Below, piece by piece: positions 1 through 11,588 of a stretch of 64,000 nucleotides of DNA. The stretch is from NCBI GenBank assembly GCA_951406725.2, contig OX597832.1:8556001-8620000 (forward strand), read 5' to 3'. Positions within the stretch are counted from its first letter, which is position 1; each line of letters starts with the position of its first letter. The DNA is from Octopus vulgaris (Eukaryota). The notes beneath the pieces were generated by a model. The model saw only the letters and a program-made list of their open reading frames with translations, ran no database searches and was not told where the DNA came from. A program made the translations under genes and the position numbers.

Positions 1-16
1 TTCCCTTATATAACAA

Positions 17-150
17 TGGTGGCGAGGAGAGGGGAAACCAGTATGCATTGGCGACTGTTGGTCTTCCATAAACAACCTTGCCCGGACATGTGCCTGAGAG
101 GGTTACTTTCTAGGTGCAATCCCATCGTCAGTCACGACCGAAGGATGTCT
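17..150 (+). mobile_element. SINE 3' fragment (family shared with 5440-5625)
   Basis: ggtatgca..gcgactg.tggtcttccataaacaaccttgcccggac.tgtgcct..gaggg block recurs, diverged, at 5551-5615; resembles recalled octopus SINE sequence. Confidence 0.55.
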
Positions 151-569
151 CAGCACTTTAAACATACATAAATCAACTATGGTATTTACACCTACATACT
201 TGAGTAACCTAAAACCATAAATGTCATATTAAAGCGGTTTTCCAATTCAACACCAAGGAGCACGGGTTAGTGGTTAGAATATTGCACTCAAGATCAGGCA
301 GTTACTACAAAACACTATCTCACGTTTTACTGTGATAACGTCACACTCGATCTGTAGAAAACTGAGCGCGTGTTCAGCATCAGCGATCTGATAAGGGGAT
401 TGTGCTATTGTAGAGCACATATATTTGATCATTAAAAACACATCATTTGTTCAGGCTATTCAGCCGTAACATTTACATTCGAACATTTAAAAAATGCATA
501 CAATAATTTGTTCATTTGGAAAATCATTAGAATACTGACTGATCATTTTATAATTTTCTTTCCACATTA

Positions 570-745
570 ATCAGTTGTCACTTGTAAAATATGTTCATAA
601 CTTTGAAATCTCAACTCAAATGTTAATGCTGTTATCAAAGATGGTGAGATCGTGAAACTGATGCACTTTGGCTTCCAATAATTATTCTGGCTTTTTCATT
701 CTGATTGCATCACTTGCTATATATTGGTCAAAATAATCACCGGTT
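570..745 (+). pseudogene. Protocadherin-like relic: juxtamembrane and transmembrane segment
   Basis: gaaatctcaactcaaatgttaatgctgttatc reads EISTQML(fs)NAVI, like the recalled octopus Pcdh post-EC6 motif VSNKTSEMLNAV; followed by hydrophobic LWLPIIILAF/FILIASLAIY. Frameshifted. Confidence 0.35.
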
Positions 746-911
746 AAGTTGGTGCGCTTTCCTATAGATTAACATCGGTGACCTGGAGAAGGGGGAGGGG
801 TCTGTCATGTATGATTCATCGCCACATTTTTTCAAACCATCCTAACCAGGCCATCATATGTTTGATATGATACATGATGAAACCTGACGGATGAATGCAC
901 CTATATAAATG

Positions 912-946
<35 letters not shown>

Positions 947-1019
947 GTTCGTCTCTCTCTCTCCCTGTTTGTCTCTCTCTCTCTCCCTGTCTGTCTCCCT
1001 TTGTATACATATATTCAAA

Positions 1020-1224
1020 ATGTGACCGCGTGTGTACCGTTGGCGATTTGTTTCCCTCTGTCCTCCCTTCTCTGGATCTTTCCTTCTCCTGTGTCTCCGA
1101 CGAAGAGCTCCGCTCGAAACGTTAAACCCTCCTTCTTTCCTTTTTTCCTGAACGACCAATAATACTATATTTGCTCCATGTCCTCGCGTTGTTGTGTTTT
1201 TTGTGCTTTCTTGTTTGGATTAAC

Positions 1225-1226
<2 letters not shown>
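1020..1226 (+). mobile_element. Penelope-like pLTR remnant with degenerate hammerhead motif
   Basis: 1097-1123 CCGACGA-a-gagc-tcc-gctc-GAAAC-GTT (core U4->C, no clear stem I); abuts (TA)n at 1228. Confidence 0.45.
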
Positions 1227-1265
<39 letters not shown>

Positions 1266-1270
1266 GCATA

Positions 1271-2499
1271 CAGGGCACGATGTGTATATTGTTGCCCTTT
1301 TAGAGCTTTAACTTCGGGCATACACATTGTTTGATTTTGATTTTGTCTAATAGATAGTATAGTACGGTCAGTTGGGCACCGTCTGTGAAACAAACAGCCC
1401 CATGACGCAATTCCCTCTTTCAGAAATTTGGAAACGACATGCTGTATTGCTTGGCATTCGCGCCGGATGCTGCAATACGAATATTTCGGATTTGTGTCAA
1501 ACTGAGGACAGTGCATAAATATTCACAAAGAGTTGGATAAGTGTAATGAACTCTGATCGTTTTGATGAGAAAAGAACTCCTGAATTTGTTGGTGAGATCC
1601 ATTCCATGATTGACAAGGATCCCTCCAAGTCAATCAGGTCTATCGCCAAGGACATGGGAATGTCTGAGTATCTTATCAGTTAGGTAGCGCAAGAATACAT
1701 TCGGTACTCCTCATACAAGATGAAAAAGGGCCAATTTTTATACCAAGCCATCAAGGACAAGAAGAAAGACCGCGCTACAAAGCATTTGACAAAACTCAAC
1801 TATTCCCTCCAACGCAACCTGTTTTTGGTTTTCTTGGACGAGAAAAATATTTGCCAGAATCAGATGATGAACATCCAAAACATCCGTTGGCTTACTTTGT
1901 CCCCAAAACATCTACCGAGAATGGTAAACACCAAACACCCAGTCAACATCTTGGTGTTTGGAGTGATCACTAGTGATGGCGGCTTTATACCTCCATTCGT
2001 TTTCCTACACGACCTCACACTAAACACGGAGGCCTACATGAAGTGCCTGGCGGAGGTTGTGCTGCCTTGGATCAAGAGCTTGGATGCTGGATGATCCTAC
2101 GTCTAGTAATAAGCCTCTGTGCCATGCCACCGAAGCAAGAGAACCCAGTAATGGCTGTCAGACAATTATTGCGACCACATCACCCCTCACAACTGGTCAC
2201 CTAACTTCCCAGATTGCAACCCCTTGATTATCATATGTGGAACGCATTTCAGCGAGAAAACATCAAAACTCCTTGTAAGACTTAAGATGAACTGCAGGCA
2301 AGAATTATTGCAGCATTCACCAACTTAATCAAGGAGACCACCCAGAAGATTCCAGAATGATCCGAAATCGTCTGGAGATCGTGGCCAATGGCGATTTTAT
2401 TGAATATATTTAGTGTTTAGTATTTCAAAATGTTTTAATGCAATTTTCGTAAATATATCTGTTAGAATGAGATCTCAATGTTCTTTTCACCACACTCTG
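1271..2499 (+). mobile_element. Degenerate Tc1/mariner transposon, DD37D (maT-type) transposase pseudogene
   Basis: ORF 1720-2094 has FLDEKN and VFGVITSDG; downstream (D->A)SVPCH...NWSPNFPDCNP(fs)LDY gives 37 residues between the 2nd and 3rd catalytic positions; ~1.23 kb, TA on both sides, weak TIRs (cagggcac / ctctg). Several stops. Confidence 0.88.
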
Positions 2500-3550
2500 T
2501 ATATGTATGTAAGTGTATATACATGCATGCATGCATGCATACATACATACATACATACATACATACATACATACATACACGGTGGCTGCCCCCTCGTTAT
2601 CGAGTTTGGCCATTGTACGAAGCTTAATCAATGTTGTTATCGTGCAATGCCTGTGCAAGAAGACTTTTTTTAAAAATTGAGTCAGTCCCACTCACTAAGC
2701 AACAGCAGCCATAGTCCGAAAAGAAGAACAAGTCAACATCATCGGTAACCACCGAGCCGCAGGTTTTATGTCGGAGTTATCCCAGTTACCTGAGTTACCT
2801 TCTCCTAGAAGGATGCCTAACAAGGTTCTGCTCGGTCCGTAAAAACCATGTGGCTGCAGAGCATTATACTTACCACACATAAACACACAGACGTACACAC
2901 ACACACACACACACTTACACACACACACACAGTCGACTGGTTTCGTGCAACTTCTGACAACCGAAACCGACGAATATGCTTTTATTGGCCCGAAGGTTCT
3001 TAGGTTCTTGTCCAAATTTGGACAAATTTGGATCAAACTGAGACCATTTACTTGGGAAGCAAACTTCTTACCCTAAAGCCAAGTATGCGTCTGAATATGT
3101 ATACATTTTTTTGGTTTCAACTCAGAGCTGCGGCCATGCTGATGCACCGCCGTTGCATATTTTGATATTTTTTATTACATAATCCATATGTGCCTGTGGC
3201 AGCCTCTATCTATTTATATACTCTATTTGATTCCCTCAGAATAAAATAGACGGTGGAATATGCAGAACATATACAAAAGAAAATAATAAATGTGCAATTC
3301 CATAATACAGGAGCGTAATAATAATAATGATTAATTAATGAGTCTAAAATATCTAATGAAAGACGAAGTAAATGTATTCATTCACATAAACAAGTCAAGA
3401 CAAGCAAGTCCATTAGTCTAATTTAACAAAAACACTAAATGACGGGAAGCAAATTGATACTAAAATAATATCCCCATTAAAATTTCGAATGACAACAACT
3501 ACAAAGTGTCTTTGGTAATAGGTATACATAATTGCTCTGCATTATATAGT

Positions 3551-3592
<42 letters not shown>

Positions 3593-3900
3593 TATGCATA
3601 GATATAATAATCGATTAACTAAGCAGAATATGGAATTGGTACAATGTCTCCTCCATGACACCTGTATAAAAATTGCCATAACCTTAAAGTAACTGCGATG
3701 ACAAACTTTTGATAACCTCCCTCAACAGGTCCCATGTTATCTACGTCACCCTCCCACAAAATTTCGGCTGCATATCTTCCTTCTTTCCTTATTCTGCAAT
3801 GCTTCCCTCGCTTTAAACTTAATGTAATCTAATTTTTCCTCACCGGCCTCATGATAGTTTCTTTCCCATTTACTTACTCTTGTCTATACATTATATATAT

Positions 3901-4418
3901 AATTGGCGATTTAATAGTCTGTTATCAGCATATTGGCATTGGAATAATTTTCTTAAGCCTTACTTATAAGTTGTTTATAAATTTAACCGTAAATGCTGCC
4001 ACATATTTTGATGGGTTTTTTTCTGTAGAAAAAAAAAACTTCATCCTATATTAGTAGTAGACTTATTACTACTCGCTATAGGGACTGGTAACCACTATAA
4101 CCTGTAGTGGGGAACAGTCAACATGTTGTACTGAGGCTGACCAGAGAATTTTATTTTCAGATATATCTGGGGTACTTAAATATACTCATGATTTTTGCTT
4201 CGGCTTTGTCCATGGGCGCATGTAAGTATCTTATCCATATATTTTCGTATGTTCTACTGAGGAGGAATGAATCTTTTATGAGATTAATTTCGAAATTGAT
4301 TCAATATAGAAGTAACGAACTTTTTAAAACTTCTATCGGCCGGCTTGCCCGATTTCAGTTCTTCGTTTCTTTTTTCTGTAGCAAGTAAATTAGGTGGAAA
4401 TTGACGATTATAAGTTGT
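3901..4418 (+). mobile_element. ~500-bp hammerhead-containing PLE/retrozyme-like monomer, copy 1 (permuted)
   Basis: 4041-4358 aligns to 5624-5940 and 3905-3970 aligns to 5990-6052; ~20-bp terminal redundancy (3901 vs 4399); (TA)n on both flanks. Confidence 0.65.
4252..4311 (+). ncRNA. Type I hammerhead ribozyme motif
   Basis: ttcta-CTGAGGA-ggaat..atttc-GAAA-ttga-t-tcaa-TA-tagaa: stem I ttcta/tagaa, near-palindromic stem III, AUA cleavage triplet (after 4306). Confidence 0.7.
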
Positions 4419-5439
4419 ATATATATATATATTATTTGATATGGATATTTAATAATAAGGACAATCTTAGGAATGCCTAATTTCCTAACTGACTCAGGCG
4501 ACTAACAATATGACCGCCCAAACTCCAGATCTTTAACGAGACACCACTTTATGTATGAATGTACCTGATGTGACCCAGAATTCAAAATTGTTTCAAGACA
4601 ATATGATGCACAGCTTCTCACCCGTAAAGGATGTAGCAGGATAGGTGGAAATCATCGTCATACAGAGTTATATCAATTCCATCACCTGTTTACATCATTA
4701 ATTATTGTCTCAACTAAAAATGTGGAATCCCTGAAGTAGATTCAACTGAAATTTGCCCCGACTACGGATGATTGTAGATTCCGAATTGTGCGAGTGCTTT
4801 ACTCAGCATCAGCACACCAACTGACATATACTCATTGGTCAAAATATTACACACACACACATACACACACACACACACACATACGCACACACACACACAC
4901 ACACGCATAATCTCAATGGAGGCGATGCAAGCGGAAACTAGAGGAACATAATTAGTAACTACACTGAAAATCAAATATATACATATGTTCTACATTTATA
5001 AAACGGATATGAAAATTCCAAATATATGGATATAAAATTATATATAAATAGATAAATATCGATGTGATACGTAAAACACAGTGAATTTTAGATTTAAAAG
5101 TTATAATACATTGGTGTAATAAAAATTTGAGATTTTTGACATTAAAAAGATGTACTAAATACCACGAAAATAATAAAAAAAATTTAAATTCCATCCAAGT
5201 TTCAGAGGCGTGCCAAGTAATATGATATATTTCATATTTTTTAAACTTACACTCCCTACATCAGGATGTTTTCACGCAATACAGTAGAAACCAAATACAG
5301 AAATACATTTATACAATTACATACCAACCAGACGTAAAAACAAATAATTAAGCTAACGATTCCCTGACAAGAATTCTATGATCGTGGAAAAAAGGATATG
5401 GACAATGATCTCAATATACGGGGTATAAAACAAGATTTT

Positions 5440-5622
5440 CATATTTCAGAAATACTGCGGTGTGTTGTAGAAATGAGTTGCTGCCTCACTGGCGCTAAGC
5501 TGTATTGGCCTTTGGCTTGTTGGATATCATGGGGGAGAGGAGAGGGGAGGCTGGTATGCAGGTCGATTGCTGGCTTTCCATAAACTAACTTCCTCGGACT
5601 TGTACCTCGGAGGGTAAAACAT
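5440..5622 (+). mobile_element. SINE fragment
   Basis: Homologous to 17-150. Confidence 0.5.
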
Positions 5623-5623
5623 G

Positions 5624-6055
5624 TCATCCTATATTAATAGTAGATTTATCACCATTCACTTACGGGACTGGTAACCACTATTAGCTGAGGTTCGGAACAG
5701 TTCACACGTGTGCTGGGGCTGGCTAAAGGATTTTAAATTTAGATATAATTAAAGTACTTATGTGTACTCATGTCTTTTGCTTCTGCTTCTTTCCATGGGT
5801 GCGTATAAGTATTTCATTTATTTCTTATCGTGTTTTCTAGTGACGAGGAAAAAATCGATGGGATTTAATTCCGAAATTGATTCAAAATAGATATAATGAC
5901 CATTTTTTAAAAATTCTGTTCACTAGATTCCCGTTTTCAGCACGAAGTATATTTATAATTAGTGAGTGTATAATGATATGTGGAAATAGATGACTTAGAG
6001 TCTGTTTTACAGCATATTGGCATAGAAGTAATTTTTCTTTTGTCCTTTGTTTATA
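5624..6055 (+). mobile_element. Hammerhead-containing monomer, copy 2 (core mutated)
   Basis: Diverged direct copy of 3901-4418; ribozyme at ~5834-5891 reads GTGACGA...GAAAttgattcaaAA (C3->G, U16->A). Confidence 0.6.
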
Positions 6056-6068
6056 TATATATATATTG

Positions 6069-6294
6069 AAATCATAAATTAGGGTATCTACGAGATACCA
6101 CCATGCTGAAAATAGCAGCCATGAACCGACTCTAAAACCACATTAAGTTTACATATAGCAACATGGAGGAAAGACAAAGGGACAAGATGAAACTAGTAAA
6201 AAATTACTGAATAATTCTATAGGTGGTTTTAGAGTTGGTTCATAGCTGCTATGTTTGCATGGTGGTATCTCGTAGGTACCCTAATTTATAATTT
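6069..6294. repeat. Inverted-repeat (foldback) element, ~73-bp arms
   Basis: 6069-6141 is the reverse complement of 6223-6294 (aaattagggta.ctacgagataccaccatgc...); a related single arm lies at ~11445-11485; sits between TA tracts. Confidence 0.85.
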
Positions 6295-6385
6295 TAGTAA
6301 TTATTATCTTTGAAGGTTATTTTTTCTATGCTGACCGCTTGATAGGTTCGTCATTTTATTTTAAATTAACGATCTTATCCTTATC

Positions 6386-6490
<105 letters not shown>

Positions 6491-6612
6491 CATAATTAAA
6501 TCTCAGAATGAGATTGAATAGTAATCGCTCGATAATGTAAAGTATACAAGCATCTTATCATGGCTAACCACTTGCAAAGGAGCCTTCACTTTCATCGCTA
6601 TCTGGTGGTTAC

Positions 6613-6655
6613 CGCCCGCTGACGAGGGACAACAATCCCGAAAGTAGTTCGAGCG
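6613..6655 (+). ncRNA. Minimal type I hammerhead, copy 1
   Basis: cgcccg-CTGACGA-ggga-caacaa-tccc-GAAAg-ta-GTT-cgagcg; stem III C->G mismatch. Confidence 0.65.
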
Positions 6656-6969
6656 TATCACTCAGGCTTGCGAGGAAGGGATGGCCTCCCTTTGCAAATA
6701 CTCCAAGGACACAGATATTGTGTCTAGATCCAGCTAGAGACGAAGATCTCTTGGGGCTATAAAGCTACAGTAACACCCCCTCCCCAATGTGGTTAGCCAT
6801 GATAAGATGGCCTCTATACTTTACATTATCGAGCGATTACTGTTTCAATCTCATTCTGAGATTTAATTATGCTTCCTGTTCGTTTTTCGACATCAGTGGC
6901 AGACGCCATTAGAAAAACTTATATCTATTTGCAAAGGAGCCTTCACTTTCATCGCTACCTGGTGGGTAC

Positions 6970-7012
6970 CGCCCGTTGACGAGGGACAACAATCCCGAAA
7001 CTAGTTCGAGCG
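6970..7012 (+). ncRNA. Minimal type I hammerhead, copy 2
   Basis: cgcccg-TTGACGA-ggga-caacaa-tccc-GAAAC-ta-GTT-cgagcg; palindromic stem III aactagtt; core C3->U. Confidence 0.65.
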
Positions 7013-7224
7013 TATCACTCAGGCTTGCGAGGAGGGGATGGCCTCCCTTTGCAAATACTCCAAGGACACAGATATTGTGTCTAGAGCCAGCTAGAGACGA
7101 AGATCTCTTGGAGCTATAAAGCTACAGTAACACCCCCTCCCCAATGTGGTTAGCCATGATAAGATGGCTTCTATACTTTACAATATATATATATATATAT
7201 ATTTATGTATACACACACACACAC

Positions 7225-7330
<106 letters not shown>

Positions 7331-9499
7331 TTATGTATGTATAGTAAGAAATATTGTAATATTTAATGGCATGTGCTTGTATTACCTTGAAATATCATTT
7401 CAAAACAATTTCTTTAGACACAAATAAAATCATCCTTAGTTACACTTGCATCTTCAATTTCCCTTAATAATATAACACAACATTCATTAACATTTCAGAA
7501 ATTCCTTGCACATATATAACAGATAAAATTAAATAAAATAATTTAGAGAGATTAAATAAAAACCATAGTATTAATCTTGTGGAATGTCATTCTGCGCCAG
7601 AAGGTATATTCGTGGTAACTGAAATATCAAGTCATTCTATACCATATATATAATACAACACTCAGATCATATAATTGCGAGTGTTTTGATAATGTCAACC
7701 GACGCTACAGGGAATACTTGTTTCTCTGATATATCAACCTATATTGCATCATTATTTGTTAGATTGCAAGTAGTTATTATATATTGTTGAATTTCCATCA
7801 GGTCACTGAGATACTTTCGCCGATGTAAATTTGTGCTGCGGGAAATACTTTCTGAAATACCATGCATGTTGTTGTATACATTCTCTATTTGAATAGCATT
7901 TTCATAAAGTGATTCTGAAATTACTTCAAGCAGTCCTAACGATATTCCCCAATATTAACTGAATTTTACGACTCAGATATACATATACATATACATATAT
8001 ATTTATATATATTCGTTGAATGTATGGTCGATCATGTGCGTGTTTAAAGTGAGGGTGGATGAGTATATTGATATAGGTGCGTGTACGTGGGTGTGCGGGC
8101 GCACCTGTATATGTATGGACATTTTTACTACCTTACCATTACTCTCTCCCCTCACACATTTGTTCAAGAGCGTGTACCATGCTCCCATTTTGATCCACTA
8201 ACGACCAAATTATAGCTTGTTGCCATGTTAAGCCTCTTCCACACGGAGACATTGAGCTGTTTTCTTTCCCTCTTTTCTTGGAACACCGTCTTAGATCATA
8301 CAATAGATCCTTCATGCTTAGCGTTAAATAATTGCGGTGCCTTTCTTATGCGCCTCTTGTAAGTTTCCCTCTGTCCTATTCCTTTCTAATGTTTTACTAA
8401 GCATAATCGATTGAACTACAGTTGCGTTGATATGGGCAAACCGCCATTTATTGATGACAGTTGTCCCCGTCCACACCCACTGAACTAAGTGCGGACACTG
8501 TAAGCTTGGCACGCTGGTAGCGTTGCTTTCAACTTCTAGTAAGCAGGTCCCTGCCTACAAAGTTTATCTAAAACGTCTGTACAGATCAGAGATCTTTGTT
8601 CTGTGTAGCGGCGATGTTAAAAAAGTGAACAACTTATTTTATCTATATCTACCGCCCTCAAAATATTCTAACAAGGTACGACCTATATATCCTCCTTACA
8701 TTCTCATATGGAATCTTGTTGCGATCAGTAAGTATTTTCCCCGTTCTGGAGTTGGTAAGATAATTTGCTTTCTAGAGAATTTCATCGAACTTTGCCTACC
8801 ACTTTTTCGTATATAGCAACAGGCATTGTTTTCGAAATGTATATTATAAGATGTGAATAAGGAGACACTTTTGGCAAACGCATAAATATATCACCAAAGT
8901 TTTACTTGTCAGTTGGATTGCGAAATGGGGGATACATTCTTACTTCACATTAATTGCTATAATTGAAGATAAATTATTCGAGGAGTCAACGACGAAATAT
9001 GCACTTGCGTGATCAGTTTGTAATAACCTGCAGTCAAACTTTCACAAACTCCTATTATATTTCCTTTTAACTCTAGCAGATTGTTTAAGAAAATTAAAAC
9101 TACAATATGTATGAAAGTAAAGAGACTCAAATGAAAGAGATTGTCGTAGTTGAATAGACATTGATCTTTTCATCTGCTTCACTATTGCCGTCGACGGGCA
9201 AAATCATACGAACAACTATATCATTTTATAAGTAGTATTATTTTCCTCATTCTGTCCACAACATGGAAGTGAAATTATTCGCATGGCCGTCATATTAATG
9301 ACATTTTAATGCACATAAGATAGCTGATTCAGATCTTAGTACTGATCGATACCTTACATATCAAAACCAATGTGATGTAAGACAAACTCATCTTGTGGTC
9401 TGATTAGAACAGAGAAAATAGAAAAGAAGAAGAAAAACGCCAATGTGTTCCATACTCCTATTAATCTACTAATTCGCCGCCTTATGTCTCTGGTGATGG

Positions 9500-11100
9500 C
9501 GTGTAACATTCAAACTAGATTATACTGATTTTATGTGGTAGAAACAAAATTTATTGGGGACAACTTTTGAAATCAATTGACGCGCACAACTTTTTAAACT
9601 CGGAAATTGATAGCACTTTATATAAGACAACCTGAATTATAACGGATACTGTTTATTCTAGAATTGTCCACCTTCCTAATAATTAAAACCTACAGTGATT
9701 GCTGTTATTAATTTCTTCATACTGTTATTGACAAGTTATATATAAATATTATAGTCTTATTCTTCGGATATTAATGAACCAATCACCGACGCGTGACGAT
9801 ATCATTGATACACATGAGTAAATAATATGAGGATGTAAAGTTTATATTAATTATTATTGCATGTGTTCAATTACTGAATTGGTTCCGACGCTGATCGAAT
9901 CTATAGCATTGTTTCGTCTCACTGGATGTCTACTGTTTTCTATTATGCTAGCCACTTCAATTTGTAATATACTCATTTCTATATTACTCAAGAGACCTGT
10001 GGATGGCCCATTTAATAGGCTGTTGAACTGCAGACCAAAGAAGCTTCATTCATCATATACGTTGCTGCTCTAATGCGCTTGTTATGCAACTTTCATTTAC
10101 ATCATTAATGACGTTGAACGACACATTAATTTTGCAAACAACTGTTATCTCTTTTTAATGTACGTAAAGATATGTGAATGGTATCAGCAGAGATCCTCAT
10201 TTAGAGAGGACGAAGACATGAAGACTAGATTTATCTCCGTAACATGGCAGATATGTGAATTTAATATACATATAAAAGTTTTATATCTCTGTATGTATGT
10301 ATGTATGAATGTATGTATATATATAGATATATATATAGATATATATATATAAACACACACATACACACACAATATTACATATTTAGATCATAATCTATTG
10401 CTGAACAATAAATGTCATTGTCCGTTGTTTAAAGATAATGTCTTATAGTTTCCCTTGATCAAGCAGGTTTCTATTCAAATTCAATTCAGCTTTGAATCTT
10501 TTGCATGCCATTCAGAAGTCGTGTAGTATTTAATCCATGTCCCTATGTTGCCTTATACATTAGGCTTCAATTCAGGCGAGATTTCTCTCTTAGTTTTAGT
10601 AGCTGATGTGTATGGTAACTAGAACACATATAACGTTTTCAGTGTAATAATATGTATGTTAAATAACTGAGTGAGACACAAAGCCATTTTGTATAAATAT
10701 ACTATGTAATATCAATTTAGGAAACTGAATTTAAGTTGCAGTTAGGAAGACAAGTTTGTATTAGGGAACCAAGAATTTACTACTACTATGCTCCAATTTG
10801 CTCCAACATGACCTCTGTCCAACGAAACCCTTTCAAATAATAGAACTTTCAAAGTTCAATTTCGAACTCTACTTAAGAATTTTGGAGCTCATTACTGCAT
10901 AGTCAATATAAGTATCATGTTGAATTTACTTTCCTAGTTGTAATGTTTATGAAATTTTCCCGAATCGTCATTGCTGCATATGTGGACATATGTCCGCATA
11001 TGCAGGTGTCATAGTGACAGATGGAAACGGATTTTCATCAAAATGTTAAAGAAAATCAACTGAAAGTAAATTAGATATCGGAACAGAAATCTAATACAAT
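9500..11100 (-). pseudogene. Protocadherin-like ectodomain relic (about EC3-EC6)
   Basis: Minus-strand motifs in cadherin order: IGTWIKY..HAKDSKLN (~10550-10490), ITVVCK..SFNVINDVNE (10148-10093), ENSRHPVRRNNAIDSISVGTN (~9940-9880). Many stops and indels; interrupted by microsatellite. Weaker motifs continue to ~8600. Confidence 0.45.
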
Positions 11101-11218
11101 ATCTTAATTAGCCTTTTGTTCTTCCAATCATATTCACTCAACATAATAATTAACATTTTGACTGAGCACACATGCATATACATACATACACAATACATAT
11201 ATATATAATTATACATAT

Positions 11219-11297
<79 letters not shown>

Positions 11298-11520
11298 CAT
11301 TTTATAAAGGGCTTAGTAAAATAAATTACTTTGCCACATACTGAACTCATTAGAAATAGCAGCCCCCAAATTTTTTTTTTTTTTTTTTTGCCATTTCTAA
11401 TACTTAAAGAAAATTTATATAGATATATATATATATATAATTATTAAAATTATAATTAAGGGTATCTAAGAGATACCACCATGACGGTGGCAACGTGATA
11501 AGATCGGTATTTTAAATAAC

Positions 11521-11588
<68 letters not shown>

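Noticed and set aside
5190-5270. Possible minus-strand hammerhead (catcCTGATGT..GAAActtggatg)
   Set aside because: Core A9 mutated and no valid stem III or cleavage triplet; too degenerate to call.
9861-10073. Minus-strand LLNGPSTG read as a receptor ligand-binding (ANF/iGluR) motif
   Set aside because: Isolated match; flanking motifs fit a cadherin relic better.
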